Shown: positions 35,487 to 47,274 of the stretch, piece by piece
How positions within the stretch are numbered: position 1 is the first letter of the stretch
How the letters are laid out: the number at the start of each line of letters is the position of its first letter
Assembly: GCA_001687465.1 (NCBI GenBank)
Contig: LVLI01000284.1
Span: 1 to 60,614 of the forward strand
Source of the DNA: Halocafeteria seosinensis
Taxonomy: Eukaryota
Length of the DNA stretch: 60,614 bases
Direction: 5' to 3'
Position numbers and translations under genes: made by a program
The notes under the pieces: model-generated
Told to the model about the DNA's origin: nothing
What the model saw: the letters and a program-made list of their open reading frames with translations, nothing else
The model's database searches: none

Positions 35487-38400
35487 ATGAGATTGACCCA
35501 TCTCCGTAATCTGCTGGCGCCGGTGGATGGCATTGCGCAAATAACAGCGATTTGTTGGACCTCGGAAGCCACTGTTGCAGGAGCATTGGAGGATAATCAA
35601 GGCGAACAAGGCTCTGATAATGACCGAGAGGGTGATGAAGAGGAGGAAGCGAAAGCGTCCGTCACGGGGCCACGCTTAGCCATCGCTACAGCGGACCGAA
35701 TCGTGCATTTATTCGATGAATCGGGCGAACGCAGAGACAAATTTTCAACCAAACCAGCTGATAAAGTACGCTTTTACATGTATATCATGGTCCTGATGCT
35801 CTATTTGTCATCGTTTACTATATGTGGTGCGTTTTCTAATGTACAGAATGGCCCTAAGACGTACATGGTCACCGGAATGTGCTTCTCTCCGGATGGTACC
35901 AAACTCGCCATTGCCCAAAGTGACAATATCGTCTTTATTTACAAGGTACGTATTGCATACATGCATGCATGCAAGTCTTGGGGTCCCGATTGATTGACAT
36001 ATTCGTCATGCGTGTGAGCAGCTTGGAGCGAACTGGACGGATAAAAAGAGTATCTGCAACAAGTTCACGCAGTCCTCGGCAGTCACCTGCGTAACTTGGC
36101 CCATTTCTCATCCGAATCAAGTGGCCTTTGGACTTCAAGACGGGAAGATGAAAGTGGGGCAGTTGCGGACGAATAAATCTGCTACTCTATATGGGACGAA
36201 TAGCTACGTTGTGAGCTGTTGCAGTAATCCTGCTGGAGATGCCGTTCTCTCTGGCCATGCGGATGGTTCGATTCACTGCTTCAGGTTTGAATCTGATGGA
36301 GCTGCACCTATGCATGCGCTATTCACGACGCATACCAGTGTTCCAACTTGCTTGTCGTGGGGAGCTAGCGTACTTGCCGCCGGTTGTGATGGTAAAGTTT
36401 CCTTTTACGACAGTGTCGGAAATATTGAGAGAACGTTTGATTATTCGGAGGATGGGTCCGTGAAGGAGTTCTCCTCAGTCAGCTTTAGCCCAAACGGTGA
36501 GACAGCCATCGTGGGTAATTTTTCAAAAATCTTTGCGTTCTGCTTTAATGCGAGGAAACAGGAATGGGTTGAGGCCGCGGCACAAGACATTCCAAATTAT
36601 TATACGGTCTCGGCAATGGCATGGAAACCAGATGGAAGTCAATTGGTCTCGGGTTCCTTATGTGGGTCTGCAGATATATTTGATGTTTGCATTCGGAGAG
36701 TCAAGTATAAAGGGACATTCGAGTTTACGTATGTTTCGCTTTCACAAGTAATTGTGAAGCGTCTTTCCTCCGGCATGAGAATCGTATTGCGATCGAACTA
36801 TGGGTGTGAAATCATGCGCATCAACGTTTTCCGAGACCGCTATCTGGTTGCTCATACACCGGAGACTCTTCTGCTAGGAGATCTTGAAAGCTGCAAGCTA
36901 TCGGAGATCCAATGGCAGTCGAGCGTATCCCTTGAAGATCCGGAGACTGTGCCTCCGGAGAGGTTTTTCTTCGAGAACCCTCAAGTGTGTCTCATATATC
37001 ATGCAGGAGAGTTAACGCTTGTCGAATATGGGCAGAACGAAGTACTCGGCTCTTGTAGGACGGAGTATGCAAAACCGAACTTGATCTCTATTCGAATCAA
37101 CGAGCGTCCACCGTCTCAGTACTTAATGGGCGAAGTGGAGTCACAAGACAACAAGAAGGTTGCATATCTGCTTGATAAGCAGACTGCCAGAGTGCTTGAT
37201 CTTGTTGCCGGTGTTGCCACAGCAACAATTCAGCACGATGCTTCTATCGACTGGATCGAACTAAATGGGAAAGGTAACTTGTTGTTGTTCCGGGACAAAC
37301 GCCGGCGGGTTGTTCTCTTCAATATTGATAGTCAAGAACGCTATACGTTGCTGCAATACTGTGACTACGTTCAGTGGGTACCCGATAGCGACGTCGTAGT
37401 AGCACAGAGCCGTGACAAGCTATGTGTGTGGTATAGTATACGGGACCCGGATAAGAGAACCAATTATGATATTCGTGGAGATGTTGAAGACATTGAGCGT
37501 GTGGAAGGACGAACGGAGGTTGTCGTAGACGAAGGTATGAATACAGCAAGCTATGTACTCGATGAAGGCTTGATAAGTTTTGGTACTGCTATGGAAGACA
37601 ACAATTTGGAGGGTGCTATGACTATTCTCGAAGGACTTGAAATTACTCCGGAGACGGAGGCTATGTGGAGGCAGCTGCAAACCGCATCCATGGATGCTGG
37701 AGAGTTATTTATTGCGCAACGCTGCTGCGCGGCTCTTGGGGATATGCCACGGGCAAAGTTTCTTTCCAAAACAGCGAAAATAGCTTCAATGGCTGAAGAG
37801 CGAGTAGAAGGTGACGGGTCAGATTTTTGGATGGTACGTGCTCGAATGGCTCAGATGCGGGGCAACCTGCAAGAAGCAGAGGGTATCTTCATTGAACAAG
37901 GAAAGGTGGACGAAGCCGTGGGAATGTATGAAAATCTTCAAATGTATGATGAAGCACTCGCTGTAGCTGAGTCACATGGCCATCCCAACGCCGAGAAAAT
38001 GCGAAGAGAATTCTACAACTATCTGCTAAAAAGTGGCCAAGAGGATAAAGCTGCTCAATTGAAAGAACAAGAAGACGACCTGATTTCCGCCATTGACCTA
38101 TATATTAAAGGAGGGTTTCCAGCGAAAGCATACAACATCGTTTCTGCACAGCCTAATGCTTTCCAGGACAACGTAGTCGAGCATGTTGCTAAATGTTTAG
38201 TTAGTAGTAATATGTTTGGTAAAGCTGGCGATCTTTATGAGCGAATGGGTAACCAGCAACGAGCTTTGAATGCCTATATAAAAGGAAACGATTTCAGGAA
38301 TGCAGTCGAATTGGCAAGAAAAAATTTCCCTGGTCAAGTTGTCGAGTTAGAGAGGAAATGGGGAGAATACTTGGTGGAGCAAAATAAAACTGATGGTGCT

Positions 38401-40983
38401 ATCAACCACTTTATCGAAGCTGGTGCACATGAACAGGCTATCAAGGCTGCAATGAATGCAAGAATGTTCCACAAGGCTGCTCAGCTCCTCGAAGAGAGTA
38501 TGGCACATAGTGAGGAAGCTCAGTCTTACTGGAGAGAACTTGCATCCCATTACGAAGAAGCAGAAATGTTGGAACAGGCTGAGTCGGCCTATGTAAAGGC
38601 AGATGATCCAACAGCAGCCGTCGAGATGTACCTAAAACATAAACAATGGGAAAACGCGCATCGTGTGGCAGTGGCGTCTATGCCTTCAGAGAAGGTGGAT
38701 CAACTATTCGTAGATAAAGCGAAGAAAGAAGCCATTGCGGGAAACTTACAGAATGCGGAGCAACTTTATATTTTAATTGGCCAAGTTGACCAGGCCATCA
38801 ACATGTACAAGAAATGCCGCGACTATGATTCAATGATTCGCTTAGTGGCGGCGCATCGCAGGGCGCACCTGAAGCAAACCCATTTGCACCTTGCTCGACA
38901 ATTGGAGCAGGATGGGGAGTTCAAGAGTGCTGAGCGACACTTTTGTGAAGGCGGAGACTGGGAAGGTGCTGTAAGCATGTACCGCAACGCCCAAATGTGG
39001 GATGATGCCATCAGGGTTGCCAAACGATATGGTGGTCGTGAAGCAGCTCACCAAGTTGCATATGCCCAAGCAATGGCAATCGGAGGGGATGAGGGTGCCA
39101 AATTACTGAACCAGAAAGGTATGATAGAAGAAGCTATTGACTACGCGTGCGAGCTTGGGAATTTTGAGCATGCTATGGACGTTGCCAAGAAACATAAACC
39201 AGAAAAAGTAAACGATGTTCAGTTGAAACGAGCGCTATACCTGGAAGACGAAGGCCAATTTACGGAAGCGGAGGATGCCTTTGTCGAAGCAGACAAACCT
39301 CGCGAGGCAATTGATATGTATATCCACCAAAAAGATTGGCCTTCTGCTAAGAGAGTTGCTGAAAATTGCGATCCGTCCAGTATACCGGATGTCCTGGTGG
39401 CGGAGGCCAACTCTTGTGCTCAGCACAATGAGCATGACAGAGCGGAATCTCTGTACATTGACGCGCGTAAGCCAGAACTCGCAGTGGAAATGTTCATCAC
39501 TGCAAAGCAGTACTCTGACGCTGTGCGCGTTGCGAAGCGCCATCTACCGCACAAAGTGAAAGATGTGAATGCACGAATCCAGAGGATTACTCAATCCTCT
39601 GGGGAAGAGCAGCAGAGCCTTCAAGAACTGGTTAACCAAGCCAGGCTCTGGGAGGACAATGAGGATTGGAACCTAGCTATCGATACCTATTTGAGCATCG
39701 GTAAGGGTCATACAGAGGACGAAAATATGCTATACAAAATTTGGAAACGAGCTGCTGATCTCGCTTCTAGTAACGAACGGAGAAGATATCCAGAGATATG
39801 CGAAGACGTGGGACACCGTTTGGTCCGTCTCCGCCAATGGGAAGCTGCCGGGGATCTCTTAAGAGACTCAGAGAACTATAAAGAGGCCATCGATGCGTAC
39901 CTCAATGGAAAATTGTACGATAAAGCTAAACGACTTGCTCGAGAACATGCTCCGCAGTATACCGATTTTGTTCATAACGCACATGCGAGGTACCTGAAGG
40001 AAACAGGAGATGCCGATGAAGCGAAACAAGCCGGTGAATTAAATGTTGCCCTCCAAATGTACTATCGGAACAAGGACTGGGAAAATCTGTTTGCTACTGC
40101 TGCCAAAGCCGGGTCTGATACCTTGGGACAATACATATTCCCTTACGCTGAGGATGCCTTAAGTGACGGGCGAGTAGGGGAAGTAGTCCAGCGTTTCGCA
40201 GAATATGGTGCCCCGCCCACATTTTCGAAGTTAAACCTGTATAAAAATTTGGTTGAACAATTATTTGGAGGAAACGTCCATCATAAATGTAGCGACGAAA
40301 TTCTTCTCAAAGCACGCGATGTCTTCTACAAACTGGTGGCAGCCCTGCGTAAACAGAGCAAGGGAACAGCGAGTTCAATGAAGGAATTTGAAAAACTGTT
40401 ATTGATAGTTCACTACGCCGCCGTAAGAGTGCATGCGCGAAATCACAAACTGGATGAACTAGTCGCGACTCTGAGTTTAACGTTACTTCGCTTCACTACG
40501 GTCATACCTCCGGATAGAGCATTCTACGAAGCTGGAGTGGACTGCAAGGCTGTTGACTGGCTTAACATAGCATTTGTGATGTTTAATCGATACTTAGATC
40601 TTGCTGAAGCAATGGAAGATGAGAGCGTATCACAGGTCGACAACTCGGACTTTGCGGGAACCGAGATTCCACCTCCCCATGAATTCCGCATTCCAGAACA
40701 GCAATGGCTTCCGGATGACCAAAGGGAAACGGTGAGGGATTGGGTATTGACGATCTCAATGGATCAAAAAGTAGAGCAGTCTCTACCAAAGGGTGCTATC
40801 CCCACTCCTGAAGAGGCATCGAAATCTAGATGCATTGCCTCGGGTGTACCCATTCTACATTCCTCGGAATTGATGAACTGTCCTTCTTGTGGAAGCAAAG
40901 CAAACAAGAAATGGTGGAATATGCTTGTAGTCAAAACAAAATTGTGTCCATGGTGTGGCACTCAGACTAGTCCTGTGTATTAG
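35487..40983 (+). CDS. IFT172: Intraflagellar transport protein 172, 3 exons
   Basis: GERRDKFSTKP, FSPDGTKLAIAQSDNIVFIYK, DKKSICNKF, WD40 followed by TPR-like repeats, C-terminal Cys cluster. Confidence 0.97.
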
Positions 40984-41045
40984 ACAATACCACATACATG
41001 TACATAATATAAACAGCAAGATTCGTGATCCTGCAGTCCATGCAA

Positions 41046-42003
41046 TTAGTTTTCGCTAAGACGACTATATCTATCAAAGATTTCTTTCTTCTTCTCATCA
41101 TTAGAGCCGGATGCGACGAGTACAATTTGACGCCCCAAGTCTAGCGAATCGCTCTCTAATTGTGACGATGGAACAAAGAAGTAGGCAGCGAATGCTTCGG
41201 GGAGCTTCTCCATGGGTAATTCTTCTGGCCACTCTACTAGCGCAATAGAGTTTGGAGAGCTTTCCAGACTCCCTACAGCGTCTGACATGTCTTTTTCTGG
41301 GTTCACACGGAATAAGTCTATGTGGCGGATCCTGCAAAGGAAGACATGTAGCAGATACTGCCACGCGAAGCCGCACGACGGAGTGGAACGTACATTGTCT
41401 TGTCTTGAGCCTCATAGCTGTATTCGATAACGAATGTCGGTGAAGGAACTTCCAACGACTCGTCTCGGACTTTCTCCCTGATAAAAGCTCGGGCGAATTC
41501 ACTCTTCCCACTCCCTAACGGCCTGTATAGACTCCGCGGTGGCCATTTCCAAAACTCAGAATAGCTGCTGGTATTCCATTCCAAACATGCTTACCCTGAT
41601 AACAATAGCACGTCTCCCGGTTTGCTCAACTGAGCTGCTTTCTTTCCAAACTCGGTTGTAGCTTCAGAGGAATCGCTATGAAAAGTCAACGTAAACTGCT
41701 GCAAGTCGCGTAATTTCAAAACCGGAAGTGGAAGCGCCCATTCCAAGAAACTCCGGCAACGCTGAATTCGAGTTCTTTTCTTTGACTTACATTCTTCGTC
41801 TGTTCCTCACCATCTACCGTAGAAGCACTTGCATTGGCTGAAAAACACCGTGAATGAGCATCGCTTCCAGCTGGCGTTCTGTAAGGTCCCAAACGCTGGA
41901 AGGACTGCGGAGAATGCTGTTTTGGCGTTCCCACGGAGCGCATTATCCCTATACTCCTCTTCGTGTAATGGCGGGGGAGCCTTGTTAATCCTTGTCGAAA
42001 CAT
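41046..42003 (-). CDS. tsaE: TsaE/YjeE-like P-loop ATPase (t6A biosynthesis family) with N-terminal presequence, 4 exons
   Basis: PGDVLLLSG|PLGSGKSEFARAFI, VPSPTF, HIDLFR and LVEWPE match the TsaE motifs; Arg/Ser-rich N-terminus with few acidic residues. Confidence 0.85.
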
Positions 42004-42510
42004 CTTATTTGGACTCTGTGGCTGTATAAAGCAATGCGACTGTGTTTGAGCGCTGTTAGCGTTAAAGGAACAACAGCGCTGTATATCAAGACTCTAACGA
42101 TTTCTAACGATACCTATTCTCGGGAATCTATTCCTATTATAACTCTGCACATATATATCGCATTGATACTACTATCAAAGACGCCCAAAGTGTCGATTTA
42201 CTCGCTGACACATTTCTCAGCCTCAAGTTGAAGTTGAACAGGCGGAGATGTGGAGAATTCCACCTTGTTCCGGCGGGAAAGTTGTGGTGGTGTGGAAGTT
42301 GAATACACACAACACCTAGGGGTGTGGCTCGTTGCCGCATCTTCGGTGACTGCCCCTGTAAGACTCTGGTTTTTATGCTGGTTAAAAGAAGGTAATCATA
42401 GTACGATATGTATGTCTCTTGGTGTGTGTATTGACCTCCATATGACGCAAGTGTTCGTTTCGCGGGGGCTTCACCTGAATCGGCCCGAGCTTTATTTTAT
42501 TTTTTTGCGC

Positions 42511-44232
42511 TTAAACGTTGAATTCAATACCTTGAGCCAGAGGAAGGTCATCAGTGTAGTTAATAGTGCAAGTGCTACGCCTCATGTACTGTTTCCATGC
42601 ATCACTTCCGGACTCGCGACCACCACCGGTAGCTTTCTCCCCTCCAAACGCACCGCCAATCTCAGCACCGCTGGTACCAACGTTGACGTTGACCAATCCA
42701 GTATCCGACCCAGTAGGCCCAATCCATTGGAATACATCAGACATATCCTTCGTGAAGATGGAGCTGCTGAGCCCTTGCGGGACATCGTTGTTGTAATGAA
42801 TGCCTTCATCAAGGTCCTTGAATTTCAAGACATAGAGAATAGGCACGAACAATTCTTCTTTAACGATTGGTGCATCATGGCTGATCTCAACAATGGTCGG
42901 TTCGACGTAGTGTCCCTGGCGAGCAATCTTCTTACCACCAGTCAAGATTTTGCCACCCTGCTTCTTGATCTCCTCAATTCCGTCTTCGTACTGTTTCACG
43001 GCCATCTCAGAGTGCACGGGCCCCAAAAGCGTGCCATCGTCCAACGGGTCGCCTGGTTGAATGCTCTGATAGGCGGACACAAGCTTCTTGACAAAGTTAT
43101 CATACACAGATTCGTGAATGTACAATCTTCGCAAGGTAGTGCATCGTTGCCCAGCGGTACCGACAGCACCAAAGACACAAGCACGCAGAGCCAAATCCAT
43201 GTTGGCAGAAGGCATGACAACAGAGGCATTGTTTCCTCCTAGCTCAAGGACTGTTCTTCCGAATCGGCGGTGCACTCTTTCCGCTACATGTCGTCCAGTT
43301 TTCGTACTGCCTGTGAAGCTGATGAGGTTCAGACGAGAATCGTTGATCATGCTCTCACCAATGTCTTCCCCCATGCCAATGCATGTGCAGAATTGCCCTT
43401 GGAGATTGTTTCGCTCCAATACCTCTGCAATTATATTGGTGATGGCTACAGTCACCAATGACACCGTGGGTGATCCTTTCCAGATGTTCATGTTCCCGCA
43501 AATAAGAGAGACTGCCAAGTTCCATCCCAGAACAGCGCATGGGAAATTGAACGCGGTAATGATCCCAATCATTCCCAAAGGATTCCAGGTTTCCAACAGA
43601 GAATGCCCTGGACGTTCGGAGGGAAGCACTTGTCCACCAATGTTTCGGCTGTTTCCGGTTGCCAAGTCGCAGATATCAATGAATTCCTGGACTTCACCTA
43701 CTCCTTCCGGCTTAATTTTGCCCATTTCCAAGGAGACCAGTTTCCCCAGTGCATCTTGTTTTTCACGAAGAGCCAGTCCGATTTGGCGCACAATCTCACC
43801 ACGAGTGGGAGCAGGGGTCTTTTGCCATTGGGTCTTGTTCTCTTGCATCACCTTAACGCAGCGTTCATAGTCTTCTTTGGTTCCACGGCGAACGCGGGCA
43901 ATCGGTTTCCCCGTGGCGGGGTTGTAGGAAGTCGTCACTTCTCCGGAGGCTTTCCATTGTCCACCCGCGTAGACGCCATTATTATCTTCCTTCAATCCCA
44001 ACTCCTTGAGGAACTGCAAAGAACAGGAAAACAAGACATTATCGGGGTATCTTTTTGCTAGGGGTATTTTGGCGCGTGTGTAGGACACTCTTCCCCTTTT
44101 TCATCACCATTACAACCCATTTCCGACCCCTCTTTTTACCGAGGGGAAGCCCTAGGTTCCTCATGTTTCTACCACAGTATACGAACCACTGTCAATACTT
44201 ACGGGGAAGTCATTAAAGGTCAATTCAGTCAT
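42511..44232 (-). CDS. ALDH7: Aldehyde dehydrogenase family 7 (alpha-aminoadipic semialdehyde dehydrogenase/antiquitin), 2 exons
   Basis: Exon 1 44232-44203 [10 protein letters not shown], intron 44202-44014; [57 protein letters not shown]. Confidence 0.97.
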
Positions 44233-44559
44233 TGTTGTTCCTTTGGGCAATGATGATGCAGAGAATATGCAACTAAGAATTATACAGGCACTTTGTCAAA
44301 TCACTCAACTGGTCGGTCGGACACCGGACGTTCTCTTGCTCCTTTCTTTCTTGGTATTACGGTCAATACACGACGAAATGTGGCTCAATAAAGCTCCAGA
44401 GGCGCCTAAATTCAGAACATTCCACGGTGCGGAAAACAACTTCAACTTATCAGGCCGAAGGAAGTGAGCTTTTAATATTGACGGACGGAGAGAGAGAGAA
44501 CTTCTCGGAGAAGACGATCGGTTTGTGGGAGACATGTTTTAATTTGATTAAGCAAACCA

Positions 44560-44900
44560 AACTCGTGGAAGCGCCATGGGGAAGTGTTGCTTCTGGGTGC
44601 AACATGGCGCTGTAGCTAGCAGCTACAACTATATAACGAGTTGTTGTTGAAGACCGATGGTGGGTCGGCTGACTTACTGACCGGGCTGAGCACTCACTGA
44701 GCAGTTAGCAACTAGACCAAGAAGTTGTTGGAAACCAAGGGTGGAGCAGAGTTGTCAAGGCAATGATCTTGTTCCAAATCAGAACCATTTCCAGAGTACA
44801 ACATCTTGCTGAGGTAGTCTTAAGACTCTTGCTTGTAGCCGATGGTGAAACGTTCTCAAGTATCAGTGTAGATGCGTTCGACGTGGGACATCATGTTCAT
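44560..44900 (-). other. Unannotated codon-biased frame with in-frame stops plus structured 3' RNA domain (candidate recoded gene, uORF leader or ncRNA)
   Basis: ATG 44900: MNMMSHVERIYTDT*ERFTIGYKQES*DYLSKMLYSGNGSDLEQDHCLDNSAPPLVSNNFLV*; nested inverted repeats at 44560-44642. Confidence 0.45.
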
Positions 44901-44987
44901 TGAGTATTAACTAGGTCAGTTGTTGTGTTCCTCTCGCAAGATTCTCGAAGCAAAATTAAGAAGTAACTAGCTATTCCTGGCCGGCGC

Positions 44988-45828
44988 TTAGGGAATCGGC
45001 TTTATCTGCAAGAGAAAAATTTCAGGCTGCATATTCCAGAAATGAAATCTAATCCCACAATCGAAATATGAAAGCATACCTTGAAATGCATTGATATCAG
45101 GGAGAAGACCAAACACTTTAGATCTTGAACAAGAAAGTACATTACTTTCAGACCCTCAGGATCTTCGGATTTCTGGACGTCTAACAAGGAGCCTATCTTC
45201 GTACACTGCATTCCATTAGAAGATCGACCATATATATATAAGGAACGTAAACTCTACTACACAAGACCCATAATGGCATTGAATACGTACAGCAAATGCA
45301 ACATGTGTGTCTCCGTCAATCACCTCAATCTCTTGTTTTCCTACATTGTCTGGCTCAGGCCACTTATTATCATCATACCTGTGCGCGAGATTCTTGTCTA
45401 ACGCACTTATCAATGCATCTGATAAAGACTTTTGCATACTTGACGATTTCGCTTTCTCGCACAATCCTTCGTATTTCATGCATGACCGCTGTGCTAACTT
45501 TACCTGTACAGCGAGAGAGAGAGAGAGAGAACATGAGAGCGTTCACCTTACCAACACGACACAAATACGTCATCCACCAGATAATCTTACATTGTTTCCG
45601 AATCATGGAATCATTTTTATAGTATGAATTATTGGCATATCGCAGTGTGCCGTCCTCTTTGAGTTCGAATTCCATGAACTCATGGCCAAATCGGCCTTTA
45701 TGTCCGACACTGCACAACCACATATCCACTCCAGTTCAGTCCAATAACACCCAGCATCACATAGATCATGAACCTTACTAGTATCTGCAGTAGAATTCAC
45801 TGTTATCTTGCTCGTGCTCCGTCGCCAT
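44988..45828 (-). CDS. MAGOH: Mago nashi (exon junction complex), 6 exons
   Basis: [63 protein letters not shown]. Confidence 0.97.
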
Positions 45829-46162
45829 CCTCTTTTTACCTCTGTTCTACGTCCCACAAGACACAACTGGACAGGCAAAGATTTTCTCTACCTAGTCCCA
45901 TATGCACACGTCCCAAATATACCGTTTATACATGATATACGCGCACTAAAGCAGGAGGTGAATGAATCTGAAATCAACAACGGAGACGTCAAACAATACT
46001 TTCACTTGATTTTGCCATTTCGCTAGTCTCAAGGCTCCACACACGCAAACACACGAAGCAATTTCTCTTCTAGGATTGGTTCTATGATGATATAGACGAT
46101 TGATGATATAGCAAAAGGCACACAAGACGTAGAGTACAGTGGTATTTGAGATACACGACATC

Positions 46163-47274
46163 ATGGATTCCTTGATTGCCATCACAGGGGATGGGTAAGT
46201 CACTCGCTGTATTCGCCATTACAAGTGGATGGTATGAAGGATCTGCTACAATATTTGCGGCTATATCCGTGGTGTTAGCTCTTGAGAGCCCTGAGATATA
46301 GTGATATCAAGCCTACATAGCCCACAGAGGCTAAAGTTCACACTCCTCGATGCTTTTTGTCCCCCCTGGTGTGCCCTATAGTTCGCGCCCTCGACGCTTT
46401 TTGTTGTTCCTCGGGTACTTGGTGCAAAATCGTGAGCTTCAACGCTGGAATCCACCTGCAGATTCACGCTGATGGCCGCGAACTCGTCGTCAGCGTTTTC
46501 CATTATGAATCTGAAGCACGATGAAGATAAGGTAGGTGAACCTTCCTTGCGTTTGTCTCTTGGGTGAAGGATCGTATCATACCTCAACATGTTTGGTTTG
46601 CAGATAGCTACACTTCCACCCAATATCTTAATGGGAATGGCCGGTGCTCAAGGAGACTACTCCTTCTTCAGAGACTTTATTCAAGCAAACGTTAAATATC
46701 ACACACTACGAACAGGATTAGATATGTCAACAAAGGCAGCGTCCACGTTTATCAGAGGCGAGGTATGTATGCCAGGATTGGTTCGTGGTATGTGCAACTG
46801 TTGTTCACCATACGTTTGGATTCAGATCGCCGAGAGTTTACGCCGAAATCCAGTAATGGTTCAACTTTTGGTTGGGGGCCACGATAAAGATGAAGGTGGC
46901 TCTCTATATTTTATTGATTATCTGGGAACATTACAGAAAGTGCCATACGGCGCTCAAGGGTATGCGTCCAACTTTGTTTCTTCTGTTATGGATCGTTACT
47001 ATAAGGTAAGAATTAATTGGATTGAGCAACAGATGGCTTTATCGATATTCCATTGATGCTTCGACCACATATGCAGCCGAACATGTCTCTTCAAGAGGCC
47101 AAAGATTTGATGCTCAAGTGCATCGAGCAGATTAGTCTTCGTTTTATTGTAGGTCAACCAGTGTTCAATGTTAAAGTAGTAGATGAAAATGGCATTAGGA
47201 AAGTGGATATGCCCGAAGCAAATCATGGGCCTGCATCGAAGTTGAGAGCACCTACTGATGCATTTGCCGCCTAA
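46163..47274 (+). CDS. PSMB2: 20S proteasome subunit beta-4 (PSMB2/PRE1), 5 exons
   Basis: MDSLIAITGDG|FTLMAA, KHDEDK|I, FIQANVK, ESLRRNP..VQLLVGG, LYFIDYLGT, AQGY, MDRYY. Confidence 0.92.
46261..46345 (+). ncRNA. Possible intronic H/ACA-like snoRNA
   Basis: Hairpin ctatatc/gatatag with an internal loop and gctc/gagc upper stem, then ATATCA (ANANNA), a short second hairpin and ACA at 46340, inside an unusually long intron (about 265 nt). Confidence 0.3.

Noticed and set aside
42250..43870. Long plus-strand ORFs (330 aa and 250 aa)
   Set aside because: Antisense shadows of the codon-biased ALDH7 CDS
44014..44202. Longer ALDH7 intron with TGATGA and a cccctc/gagggg hairpin (possible C/D snoRNA)
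   Set aside because: No CTGA D box or terminal stem
44560..44900. Selenoprotein/SECIS or antizyme interpretation of the stop-interrupted frame
   Set aside because: Stops include TAA and TAG, no SECIS core is visible, and the +1 product does not resemble antizyme
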